Below are positions 1-12,002 of a DNA stretch of 49,268 nt, one piece after another (the first letter of the stretch is position 1; the number at the start of each line of letters is the position of its first letter). Source of the DNA: Pelomyxa schiedti (taxonomy: Eukaryota > Protista > Evosea); assembly GCA_020536535.1 (NCBI GenBank), contig JAHLWZ010000416.1:1-49268 (forward strand), in the 5' to 3' direction. The notes under the pieces were generated by a model. The model made no database searches. It had not been told where the DNA came from and saw nothing but the letters and a program-made list of their open reading frames with translations. A program made the translations under genes and the position numbers.

Positions 1-747
1 CTTCCTCATTCCTTTTCTGTTCTGTTCCATAACTTTTTGGCAGGATGTTCGTAATTGTAGATTAAAAGATGAGACTGCAAATGAAAAATAAGCCAACAAT
101 GGGGGGGGAATGTGATTGCGGCAAAGCATCTCACAATTTGGTGTGATTCTGATCAGACCCCAAACAAACAACAATCCTGGGAGGTAATGCTGCTGGTTGT
201 TTGGCTCACAACAACCTGATGTTGTGTGTGTTTTGGTCAGGTGTTTGGGCAACACGGGAGTTGAGAACCCACCGAAATCAGGATCAGATTTGAAGTGCAA
301 ACAAGCCTGTGAGACAAGTCCAAGTGCAGAGTTGATGTTGCCGAGCTCCCACTGCATAAGTGCCTCCATCATCATTTTGTTCCGAGTGTTCTTCCCTCCT
401 CCATCTTTGTTTGTTTTGAGTGTTGCGTTTGCGTTTGCGTTTGTGTTTGTGTTTGCGTTTGCGTTTGCGTGCTTTGTTGGCTCACCTGAACATGCAGGAG
501 AAGCAGCAGTCTCTGGCCCCAGCATTGCCACATCCACATTCACACCCTGCGATTCTTGAACTTGCAGCGATTCAGACGATGTTGTGGGCGTGACGGTGTT
601 GTTGTTGTTGTTGTGGCTCGGTTGTCCTTCACCCCCACACTCGCAGTTGCACTGCGGGGGACTACGCGCTGTGACGTCACCACTGTTGGAGGTGCCTTGT
701 TTGTGCGACGCCGTTGACTCGTAGGTGCTCTGTGTGTTGTTGTCCAT
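1..747 (-). CDS. 5' part of a Sel1-repeat protein gene paralog (runs off the window start)
   Basis: 1-790 is a near-identical copy of ~6560-7415. Manual translation from ATG 747 (MDNNTQSTYESTASHKQG...LLFVWGLIRITPN...QKVMEQNRKGMRK) is open to position 1. Confidence 0.8.
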   Translation of the reverse strand, partial: MDNNTQSTYESTASHKQGTSNSGDVTARSPPQCNCECGGEGQPSHNNNNNTVTPTTSSESLQVQESQGVNVDVAMLGPETAASPACSGEPTKHANANANTNTNANANATLKTNKDGGGKNTRNKMMMEALMQWELGNINSALGLVSQACLHFKSDPDFGGFSTPVLPKHLTKTHTTSGCCEPNNQQHYLPGLLFVWGLIRITPNCEMLCRNHIPPPLLAYFSFAVSSFNLQLRTSCQKVMEQNRKGMRK

Positions 748-790
748 TATGTGTTTCACAGAAACCACTTTCTTTTTGTTTCTGACCAAC

Positions 791-2000
791 TTGCCATGGG
801 TGTACACAAACCCAAGAATGTACACCCATCGGTAGAGTATTCCCTCATCCCCAACTACAAACTCACCCTTGGTCTTCCAGATTTCCCTAATCCACCTTGC
901 ATCCATGCTGGTGGCATCCTCTTGCCCCTGCAGAATCTGCAATATAACTTGTATCCTCCTGTCCAACTTTTGCTGTCTTGCTAAGGCACTTGTATCCACC
1001 ATCAGTAGGGGGTGGACTTCTTTCTGTGGGAAGTGTGACAGTGTGTGGGGCACCACCAGTGATTTTCCTGGCTTGTGGATGATCTCTGGGTTATGCTCAA
1101 TCAAGGTTAGAGACCACCTCGCTAATCTTCCTGACAAGATCTTACCCTCCAGCAGGTATTTCAATGCCACATGGTCCGTGACAAGGATTAGCTTTGCACC
1201 ATGTACATACTGCCTCCAGTGCTTGATAGCTTCTATGGCAGCCAGGCACTCTCTCTCCCTTGTATCATAATTCCTTTCTGTGCTGCTCAAAACTCTACTG
1301 TAGTATGCAATCACTTCTCTTCTGGCACCCTCACCAACCTGAAACAGAACAGCCCCAATGCCTGTGCCTGGCAACCTCTCAACTGCAGCAACAAGTGCTG
1401 GATTACTGTGGATTCCTTTTGCTGATACGACATGCCCCAGGTATAGAAGCTGATCCATTGCAAACTGACACTTTGCAAGCTTGATGTGCAAGTGAGCATC
1501 CCAAAGCCACTCAAGAACACAAGTCAGGTGGCTGTTGTGCTCCTCCAGGGAGGATCCAAATATGAGTCTGTCATCAATGTAAACCATACACTCCTCCCAA
1601 AGCAGTCCACTCGGCGTGATGGCCTGTAGTTTGTAATCAAAGGGTGCCATCCTTCTTGGGTGCTAGTACCACTGGGCTTGACCAATTACTGAAACTGGGT
1701 TGAATGACACCTTGTTGGAGGTACTTGTCAACTTCCTCCTTTATGTACACATGCTCTGTTTCCGTGAGTTTCCGGCCCCAAGCTGTTATTGGCCTCACAT
1801 CTGTGGTGTCTATTGAATGTTTTGTTAGGCCCTTGACTGAGGTATGTGTTCCCTCCAGCTTATCTACAAACAACTCAGTGAGCTTAGAAATGAATGAATG
1901 AATCTCATTGGGCATAATACTTTTTTTTTTCCCTGTTACCTCTTTATTGTTTCCTTGGGTGGGAAACTGCACCAAAAGAGAACAAAGAAGCACAAAGTAT
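791..2000 (-). mobile_element. Degraded Ty3/gypsy LTR-retrotransposon pol remnant (RT + RNase H)
   Basis: ORF 1637-1993 has the gypsy RT N-terminus (EEVDKYLQQGVIQPSFSNWSSPVVLAPKKDGTL). The catalytic VYIDD is at ~1570-1584. RNase H-like AIKHWRQYVHGAKLILVTDHVALKYLLEGKILSGRLARWSLTL lies at ~1100-1230. Stops and deletions are present. Confidence 0.85.
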
Positions 2001-3240
2001 TTTTATTCATCTTGGAATGAATGAATACATTTGGGTGTAGGTATTTGTGTGGGATTTTTGTATTTGTGGTTTTGTATTTTTTGTATAGAAATGAGGTGAC
2101 TTGGTGTGTGTTTATAAAGGATTCCCTAGCTATTCCTGTGTCTGACTTTGTCCAATAAGAATCAACTCAATTCATTCTTTGTATGGTGCTCTCCTGCCTT
2201 GAATAGATGCAAGCTTGACCCTGCCCTTATTAAAACTTGAATTATACTTGAAACTGTATTGTGTTGTTTGCATCCAAATTATAATCTTGTTGTAAATCTG
2301 CTTGTGTTAATAATGTTGCTCCCATGGAATTTCACTTTTCTACCAAGTGTATATCGTTTTGTTGCCACCCTGTAAATTATTGCCCATGAGAAATGATGAC
2401 ATAATTATATATGTCTTGGGTGGATCATGGTGCATACAGGAGCGAGGCACATCCCTGTGGTGGATCCCAGCTTTGTCCATCACACTCCTATTTCCAATAT
2501 TCGTTGAGACCTCACACAGTGTTGTTGTACTCATTGCCAGTGAAGTGGGGGTCTGAGTTGTATTCTCTGGGTAGTTCTTGGTCCAGGGCCAAACTGTGCG
2601 TTGACAGATGAGAAAATGAGTGAAAGTGAAGAGAATAAAGGGTTCTCTTGTGCACTGATCATTATTACCTTCGCTATCTCATTCTGGTAATGGTCCAGAT
2701 TCGGCTCAGTCCTCAGTCTACAATCCCACAAAAGTGCACCAGACTTCAGAGCCTCATGAGCAAGGCCAAGTTCGTGTACTTTGTGGAAGTACACAAAACT
2801 GGGTTGAATGACACCTTGTTGGAGGTACTTGTCAACTTCCTCCTTGCTGTACACATGCTGTGTACTTTAGCAAGTACACGAGCTTTAGCTCTATGGACAC
2901 TCTGCAGACTCTGTACGAATCTCAACTCTCGAGATCCAATGCAGGCTTGATGGAATTACTGGAATAAGGCAGCGACGATCTTATGAGACACAGAACGCAC
3001 TAATGTGGACTGCAGTGGTGATTGATTCTGAGGCAATCTTGACTGAGAATTGGACAACAGCGTGGCTTCAAAGCTAACCACACCTAACCGCACCAAAATT
3101 AATTATACTTTGAACAGTGCAACCTAAGCACGAGAACAAGCAAGAGAACCTTTACACTCTTACTCTCTTTCGTTCTTTTCCCTCTGTGGGGCTTTATTCT
3201 CTTCCCACAGAAGCTAACAAAACTTGTGTCTATAACGTTT
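2000..3240 (-). other. Degenerate retroelement-associated or pseudogene sequence
   Basis: ~2797-2843 repeats the RT segment at ~1693-1740 (EEVDKYLQQGVIQPSF). A weak LTR/PBS-like stretch lies near 3090-3240. There is no long ORF. Confidence 0.35.
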
Positions 3241-3271
3241 ATGAGATATTTTAAAATTTGTTAAATATTGT

Positions 3272-6200
3272 CTATTCAAACAAAAACAAACTACATGACA
3301 TCATTTGTGCACAGATGGTGTCGAGTTGGTGCTGTGCCTCTGAGTGTCCTTCAGCAGCAGCAAGTCTGAAGAACTTTGCTGCTGTTCTCAGGTCCACACT
3401 CCCCACTCCATCACCCAGTTTGTAACACCTTCCCAGGCTGTGCAGGGCATCAATCTCCCCACACAGAGCACCCATGTAGAAAAGACCAACAGCTTTCTTG
3501 GTGTCCTTGGCAACACCCTGACCATTGTAGTAACAGAGTCCAAGTGCGTCTGCAGAAGCAGGAAACCCAGTGTCAAGGGCCCTCTGAAAGAGTGCAGCAG
3601 CCTTGTTGAAGTCCTGCACAACGCCTGAACCATGGCAGTAACAGGCAGCCAGGTTGTGGATGGCACCAGGAATCCCAGCCTCGGCACCCCTCTCATTCAG
3701 CACGACCGCCCTCCGCAAGTCCTTGACTACCCCCTGGCCCATGTAGTAGCAGAATCCAAGTTTGGGTGCTGAATTGATGTTGCCAGCATCCAGGGCTTGC
3801 TGGTGGAGAACAGCGGCCTTGTGGAAGTCTTGTCCAACACCAGTGCCCCAGTAGTAACACTCGGCCATTTCGTACAGGGCCTCAGGGTGCCCATCAGCAG
3901 CAGCAGTCTGATACAACCATGCTGCTCTGGTGATGTCTTTGTCAACACCTTGTCCTCTGGAGTAGCAGAGTCCAAGATTGAAGGAAGACCTGGTGTTTCC
4001 AGCGTCAAGGGCCTTCTGGAAGAGAAGGGCAGCCTCATGGAAGTCCTGGCAAACACCTGTTCCAGAGTAGTAACACTCACCCAGGTTGTGAATCGCACTG
4101 GGATTGCCTCCTGCCATGGTGGCCATCTGATACAACTCTGCTGCCCTGGTTGTATCTTTGTCAACACCCAGTCCATGGAGGAAGCAGTGTCCAAGCCCAC
4201 ACGCTGCTGTTGTCTCGCCTGCATCAAGAGCCTGCTGGTAAAGAATGGAAGCCCTGCAGAAGTCCTGCTTTACACCGATGCCTACGTAGTAACAGTCAGC
4301 CAGTCTGTTCATAGCACCAGTGTGCCCATCGGTGGCAGCCCTCTGAAACAACTCTGCTGCTCTGGTTGCGTCCTTGTCAATGCCTTGCCCATACCAGTAG
4401 CACCATCCAAGGGCGAACGCTGCCTGAGAAATGCCAGCATCAAGGGCCTGCTGGTAGAGCCCTGTGGCCTTGTGGAAGTCTAGTTCACGGTAGTAGCAGT
4501 CAGCCAGGTTGCAGATGGCAGCGGTGTTTCCAGAGTTGGCAGCAATCTGATACAACTCTGCTGCTCTGGTTGTGTCCTTGTCAACACCCAGTCCATTGAG
4601 GAAGCAGTTTCCAAGCCCACATGCTGCATCAGTATCGCCGGCATCGAGGGCTTTCTTGTACAGCATTGCAGCCTTGCAGAACTCTTGCTTGACGCCTGTC
4701 CCTTCGTAGTAACAGTCACCCAGGTTTTTCATTGCACCAGTGTGCCCATCGTTGGCAGCCCTCTGGTACAATTCTGCTGCTCTGGTTGCATCCTTGCCAA
4801 CACCCTTCCCATACAAGTAACACCATCCAAGGGAGAACGCTGCCTGGGTAATACCGGCATCCAGGGCCTGCTGGAAGAGTTCTGCGGCTTTGTGGTAGTC
4901 CTGATGAACACCTGTGCCGGAGTAGTAGCAGCCAGCCAGCGTGAAGATGCCAAAGTTGTCCCCAGAATTGACAGCCAGCTGACACAACTCTACTGCCCTG
5001 GTTGTGTCCTTGTCAACACCCTTCCCATTGAAGTAACACCACCCAAGGAAGTACGCTGCCTGGGTATTTCCAGCATCAAGGGCCTTTTGGGAGAGTTCTG
5101 CAGCCTTGTGGAAGTCTTGCGCAACACCTGCGCCACGGCAGTAGCAGTCAGCCAGCATGCAGATACCGTTGGTGTTCCCAGAGTTGGCAGCAATCTGATA
5201 CAACTCTGCTGCCCGTGTTGTGTCCTTGCCAACACCCAGTCCATCGAAGAAGCACTTTCCAAGCCCACACGCTGCTGTTGTATCACCGGCATCAAAGGCT
5301 TGCTGGAAGAGACTGGAGGCCTTGCCGAAGTCCTGCTTGACACCTGTGCCGAAGTAGTAACAGTCAGCCAGTCTGTTCATTGCACCAGTGTGCCCATCGT
5401 TGGCAGCCCTCTGAAACAACTCCGCTGCTCTGGTTGCGTCCTTGTCAACACCCTGCCCATGGAAGTAACACCATCCAAGGGAGAACGCTGCCTGGGTATT
5501 GCCGGCATCGAGGGCCTGTTGGTAGAGCCCTGCGGCCTTGTGGAAGTCTTGCTCGACACCTTTGCCTTCGTAGTAGAAGGAAGCCAGGTTGCAGATGGAA
5601 GTGAGGTTCCCATAATTGGCACCCATCTGATACAACTCGGCTGCCCTGGTTGTGTCCTTGTCAACACCATGGCCATTCTCATAGCAGCTGCCAAGGTGGA
5701 CGAGAACTTCGCAGTTGCCACAGTCAACTGCTTTCTGAAACAGTGAGGCTGCTTTCTTGTGGTCTTTTTCAAGACCACCCTCGCCGCTGAAATAACACAA
5801 GCCAAGGTTGGCCATTGCCAGGTTGTTTCCAGCATCAGATGCCCTCTCCCAAAGTGCAACTGCTTTGGCAGTGTCCTTGTCTCCAAGGGAAGACATTGCA
5901 CGTGGGTCACCACTGTCAGAGGCCATCTGATAAAAGGAGCCAGCCTTCAGGGCATCCTTGCTGACACAGTTACCTTCTTCGTAGCAAACGTCCTTATCAA
6001 AACGTTCTCCAAGGTAACACATTGCACGTGGGTCACCACTGTCAACGGCCATCTGATAAAACGAGCCAGCCTTCAGGGCGTCCTTGCTGACACAGCAACC
6101 TTCTTCGTAGAACAAAGCCAACACACACATTGCAGTTGTGTCACCCTGACTTGCAGCACTCTCCCACAGCGATATTGCCTTGTTTGCGTCTTTGAGCTCA

Positions 6201-7355
6201 CCTCCAGTTCCATCCCAGCACAGCTCACCCAGCAGAGTCATGCAGGCACACTTCAACAGGGCTGGTGGTTGTGGCTGTGGTTGTGATCCTTCAGGGGTGC
6301 CTTCAAAACGAGGAAAACCCTTTGAAAGCTCAGTCAGGATCAAGTTTTGCCCCCGGCAGTCCTGCATGCAAAATGTCATCCAGAGTGCTGCAAAGTATGC
6401 ACACGACCAGGAGGAGTGGTGGGTGGGGAAGGGAGACTCTCTTTGAGGGTTCGTACCTTGGTGGCACCACAACCTCAACAAGCTGGTGGCATCCACTGTG
6501 GTGCAATTCACATTTGCTGATGCTGTTGAAACCAACTCATTCCACTCTTCAATGGCATTCTGCCTCATTCCTTTTCTGTTCTGTTCCATAACCTTTTGGC
6601 AGGACGTTTGTAATTGTACATTCACAGATGAGACTGCAAATGAAAAATAAGCCAACAACGTGGGAGGAATGTGATTGCAAAGCGTCTCACAATTTGGTGT
6701 GATTCTGATCAGACCCCAAACAAACAACAATCCTGGGAGGTAATGCTGCTGGTTGTTTGGCTCACAACAACCTGATGTTGTGTGTTTTGGTCAGGTGTTT
6801 GGGCAACACGGGAGTTGAGAACCCACCGAAATCAGGATCAGATTTGAAGTCCAAGTAAGCTTGTGAGACAAGTCCAAGTGCAGAGTTGATGTTGCCGAGC
6901 TCCCACTGCATAAGTGCTTCCATCATCATTTTGTTCCGAGTGTTCTTCCCTCCTCCATCTTTGTTTGTTTTGAGTGTTGCGTTTGCGTTTGCGTTTGCGT
7001 TTGCGTTTGCGTTTGCGTTTGCGTTTGCGTTTGCGTTTGCGTTTGCGTTTGCGTTTGGGTGCTTTGTTGGCTCACCTGAACACGCAGGAGAAGCAGCAGT
7101 CTCTGTCCCCGGCGTTGCCACATCCACATTCACACCCTGCGATTCTTGAACTTGTTGCGATTTAGACGATGTTGTTGCAGTTGTTGTTGTGGGCGTGACG
7201 GTGTTGTTGTTGTTGTTGTTGTGGCTCGGTTGTACTTCCCCCCCACACTCGCAGTTGCACTGCGGGGGACTACGCGTTGTGACGTCGCCACTGTTGGAGG
7301 TGCCTTGTTTGTGCGACGCCGTTGGCTCGTAGGTTCTCTGTGTGTTGTTGTCCAT
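3272..7355 (-). CDS. Long Sel1-like repeat (SLR) protein, >20 repeats, with an apparent frameshift near 6780
   Basis: ORF 3272-6730 carries 36-aa Sel1 repeats (A...LG.CY..G.GV.KD..RAAELYQ.AA..G). The N-terminal ORF 6762-7355 is out of frame by a 2-nt loss in a (TG)n run relative to the paralog at 1-747. Confidence 0.85.
6978..7056. repeat. (GCGTTT)n hexamer microsatellite encoding poly-(NA)
   Basis: Direct tandem repeat; a shorter, interrupted version is at ~425-470 in the paralog. Confidence 0.95.
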
Positions 7356-7496
7356 TATGTGTTTCACAGAAGCCAGCAAAAAAAAAAAAACCACTTTCTG
7401 TTTCTGACCAAGTTGGGATCAACCAGATCTTTTTGATTGCAGAGAGAAAGGGTGGTTCCTTCACAGCAACCATTTGGGCAAGGTGTTTAGAATCTA

Positions 7497-10400
7497 TTAT
7501 TCATCAGAGTGGAGTGCACGTAGAAGACTGGACTGGGCGTATACTGCCGATTCCACGCTGGCCAGCCAACTTGGCAGCGTCGTTATTGCCTCCGCACCGG
7601 CCACAGCCTCCAGGTATTCTCTTTCCTGGCTCGCCGAGGTTGATGATGATTCCGGTGTTGATGTTGATGAGGACGGTGTTGGCGCGGCATTCTTGGAATG
7701 GATGGCGAGGAGCGCCGCGGCAGCGGCGTTGGGGATGTCCGCCAGGATGCTGCTGGAATCGGGCGAAGCCACGGTCTCCTTCACTACTTGATCCTGAATT
7801 GTGGGTGTTAGTTATCTAACTTGAGGCTATTTGTGTTTGTTATGTATATCTGCGGTTTGTATTTTGTGTTGTTTCGTGTTGTGTTGTTGTGTTGTTGTTT
7901 TGTTGTTTTGTTGTTTTGTTGTTTTGTTGTTTTGTTGTTTTGTTGTTTTGTTGTTTTGTTGTTTTGTTGTTTTGTTGTTTTGTTGTTTTGTTGTTTTGTT
8001 GTTTTGAGTGTANNNNNNNNNNNNNNNNNNNNNNNNNNNNNNNNNNNNNNNNNNNNNNNNNNNNNNNNNNNNNNNNNNNNNNNNNNNNNNNNNNNNNNNN
8101 NNNNNNNNNNNNTTGTTGTTTTGTTGTTTTGTTGTTTTGTTGTTTTGTTGTTTTGTTGTTTTGTTGTTTTGTTGTTTTGTTGTTTTGTTGTTTTGTTGTT
8201 TTGTTGTTTTGTTGTTTTGTTGTTTTGAGTGTAGTATTTTTGGGTTCATACAGTTCCGGGGAACAGGGCCTTGATCAAGGTTTCCAGTGCGTGCGATGAC
8301 AGTGGCTTCTTTGTGTTGAACTTGAGGGTGGTGTGATGAGGGTGCGTTGCTATTATGGAGAATGTTGTGGTTGGCGATGCGGCTGATGTAACGGTTGGAT
8401 CCACGCCGCCGGAAACGAGGAGTGACAATGCGCGTGCTAGTGCTTCTTTCGGGCCGAGCTTGAATTGTGGGTGAGTGTGTGTTTGCCCGGAATTAGTTTT
8501 TGGAATAGCATAATGTAAATTTTGGGCCGGTTACTTGTTCAATAAGGAGTCTGGCTTTCTGTTCAAAAGGCTTTGCAACATCAAGAGGAACAGTCTCCAA
8601 TCTGTGAGTTTAAGTGTTACAAGCGGTTGCGGCGATTATTGGCACCTGTTTAAAGCGGCATTGCCCATTGCCTGGGTAACTAATAGTCCTGTTGGAGGAA
8701 CTATTCTACTAAACTTGATTCCTAAACTCGTTTTCAATGGAAGAAAAAGAATGATATCATAAGAACCTGCAGATGTTTCTATGTGACACAGTGTATCCAG
8801 TTCTACAGCGTTATACAGTACTATGCTCGGTGCTGGAGAAAATAAATAAATAAACTTTGACTTGAATTCATACCTGTGGGAACTCTGAAGGCGTGAAACA
8901 TGTAATTCTTTGGTTCCCTAGAGAAATGTGAGACATAGGAATCGACTTACTTTAAAAAAAAGCCGTACACAGGAGGCGAGCAAAAAATCACAAGATCTAC
9001 TCCCGTAGTATCCACGTCCAATGTCACTGTTGTAATTGCCAATACGGATATTTTTCCCTGATATGAATTAGGTTGAAAGAAATTTTGCAAAGAAAGACCG
9101 TTTGGAAATCTGCCATGACTTCCTGGAAATTGGCTCGTTTTTTGCGTACAATTCGAAATTCTAGTTTGCGTGAGGCATACAAGCCGGAACGACGAAATTC
9201 ATACTTTCTCCATACGATTCGTTGAGAACTCGGAGTTGGTTCTTTGACTTGGTGAATACAACTGCCCTTGTGGTATCATTTCCATAGTACTATCAAAGAG
9301 TCACTTGGAGTTAATGAAACTGTCACACAAACCCGTAGGAGGGAAAGGAGAACTCCTGCTCGACTTTGCTTGGGGCAAAACAAAGCACAGTGTTGTGACT
9401 CTAATTTATTTACTGGTGCACTGGTCTTTTTCTCAAAAACTTCATACAGCATCAACACCAGGAAACACAAGGAAAATGTTCCTACCAGTAACGTGATCAG
9501 CTGAGAGATATTTTGTAGTTACGTTCTTCATCCAAGGAGGAACTGTTGCTGTAAACATAAGTGTCTGGTGGTGCTCGTACCTTGTAAACTTGTAAGAAAA
9601 GAACACGAAAAGATCGACAAACATCGGAATCTGAGAAAAAATGAAGTCGACATCCTCAGCAACTGAAAGCATATTGTCCACCTCATCAAGTATTGGAATT
9701 AAGGAAAAGTAGTTGTGGAAGTAAGGATGAAATAAAGTGGATATGAATGACACAACGTATTTCAGTCGTGGCGAGGAGACCTGAGGCAATATTGCTGTGA
9801 AAAGTTGGGGCAGTTCCAACAACAATGTGTTTAACTGCGCATACTGTCAGATGAGTATAAATTTCGAAATACATTTTGATTTCTCCTCAGAAGGGCTGTC
9901 GATATTTTTGACACCGACAATTCCAGCTTTCTTACTGCCATGAAAAGAAGAGCATCCCTTGAACTGCTTGGCTATTTCGATGCAGGCTTTGACTGTAGCA
10001 CAGATGCAAAGAACAATGGGATCACCTCCACGTACTTTTTTTGAGTGCTTCTGTCCGTCGTCCATTCCTACAACTCTGGCACATAATTCAACCACTGGCA
10101 CAACAAAACTGATTGTCTTTCCCAATGATGGATAGGAGTGACAAAACACATCTCGCCCAGATTTTATATGCTCGTATGTCAGTTCCTAAAGGTGAGTAAG
10201 ACCTTGAAAATGGATTTTTCAGGAGTCACCTGAAGGGCAGCTGGTTTAGAATAGCCCAGAGAAGTCAAGTAGCTAATATTTTCAGGTGCAAGACCAAGTT
10301 TTTCAAATGCCTTCTCGTTTCCTGAAGAATTCTTGGTTTCTTGTTGAGAGAGTTCTACATCTTTTTCTGAAACTGATATCATTTTAACAAAGAGAAGTTG

Positions 10401-11752
10401 CCTGTTGTTACTAACCAACATTATGGCCTTGCTTGAGATATTTAGCAGTTACGTTCTCAAGCCACGGTGGTTGTGAGGTTGCCATAATGATTGTTTGCAG
10501 TGAATCCCTTGCATGGATTAAATTATACTCTCATGGGACCTGGTAATACCTTGGAGCTTGCTGAGTGAGACGTGCGAAAATACTGTCTACAAGACGGGCA
10601 TATTGGAGCATTTTATCAACCTCGTCCACTAGAAGTATTAGGGAATGCCGATTAATAAGCCACTTACAAATGAACGTGGTCATTTTTGGGGTGACACTTA
10701 AGGTGTTATTCTCCAGCTGTTTATTAAAATTGAGGGGTGTCCCGACAATGATATTACAGGTGCCTGAAAAGTGATAAGAATTTCCTTCCTACTCAGTGCA
10801 AGTAATTATATAACAGGAATTCTGTTTCTCCAATAGACTTTTCACTTCATACCGGGCTTCACATACTAAGAATAGGAGAGGCCTCTGCAGAATCCACATT
10901 CCACACTCCAACTGCACCTCCTCCACATTCAGAAAATATTTCAGCATTCATCTGGGACAGCTGGGTATTGGCTGTCAAGCAAATAACAGCAGGGCCTGTA
11001 ACCGGGTTCCGAAGAAGCCTCGAAACCAACGGCACAACGAAAGATAAACATTTGCTAATCTTGCCAGGCAGTGCATGGCACAACAAGTCTTTCCCAGACA
11101 ATGTACTTTCAAAAGTAGCTACCTTCAAAACGCAGTCAGCAACACAACATTAAAAGTCACAAAGAAACAACATGCAACATACAACGAGGGGAGGAGGGTC
11201 ATGAATGCCATGAGCAGCCAGAGCCGCAGTAACAACCCCAGGCACAGACACTCCCCCGGCAGCTGTTGTTATTATCCCCCTCCCCGCTCCCTCCCCGTCC
11301 CCGTCCCCGTCCCCATCTCCCCCTTGGTTCCCCCTCCCCTTCTCGCTATCATCCCCTGATCCCCTGCCCCCTGCTTCCCTCTCCCGGTCCCCCTCCGCCT
11401 CACGCTCTTCCTCCTGCTCCTCTGCCTCTGCCTCTTCGTACTCGTCCTCGTGGTGGTGCGCCGTCACGTGGGCACCGGGCCTCTTCGGCCCCTCCTCGGC
11501 ATTCAGTCTTGGAGGGGCGGGGTGCGGGGTTGGCACGGGGCTAGCGGGACTCGCAGGCTTGCGAGGCGGTGGCGTAGATCTCCCCGCAGTGGGAGGCAGC
11601 GCTGGGGCCCGCGGGCGCGAGGAGGGGGTGAGGGGGAGGGGGAGGGTTGCGTTGCGAGGTCGCTTGGGGGGCGGCCCACCCGTCTTGTGGCTGGTAGTAC
11701 TACTTATGAGGCCTGTCGGTGTAGTGGTCGCTTTTGTACTTACGCCCTTCAT
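7497..11752 (-). CDS. DDX21/RH7-like DEAD-box helicase homolog with duplicated DEAD domain and degenerate motifs, multi-exon
   Basis: Two DEVD motifs (~10620 and ~9680). Q-motif-like FEKLGL...GYSKPAALQ, GKT, QTLMFTATVPPWM..VT.KYL (paralleled by QTIIMATSQPPWL.NVTAKYL), a HelicC-like DLV segment, EALARALSLLVSG and GUCT-like SILADIP. Confidence 0.7.
7890..8226. repeat. (TTTTGTTG)n 8-bp intronic satellite spanning an N gap
   Basis: Direct tandem repeat on both sides of a 100-N gap. Confidence 0.95.
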
Positions 11753-12002
11753 CGTCACGATCAAACAATAAATGACTTCGAACGAAATCGAGATCTTGAG
11801 AACTGTGAATGGGATGAGTCAGAACAGCAAGGGAAGAGGGCCAAGGGAAGGTGGATTACAGAGATGTGGGGAAGATACATTGAGTTGACCGGATCAGATG
11901 TGAGGCCGTTTTTAGCCCCTGAGGAGCCTCGGCTTTTTCAACTAAGAGACGTCAGAAAAAAAACCCTTTGAACCAAAAAAGAAAAATTTTTTTGCCGGAG
12001 CG

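Noticed and set aside
3090-3240. Intact LTR with primer-binding site
   Set aside because: No second LTR copy or clear TG...CA ends in the window.
3797-6286. Long plus-strand ORFs (228, 353, 175 aa)
   Set aside because: Antisense shadows of the repetitive Sel1 gene.
7821-8299. ORFs with LLFCCFVV or KQQNNKTT repeats
   Set aside because: Translations of an intronic 8-bp satellite across Ns.
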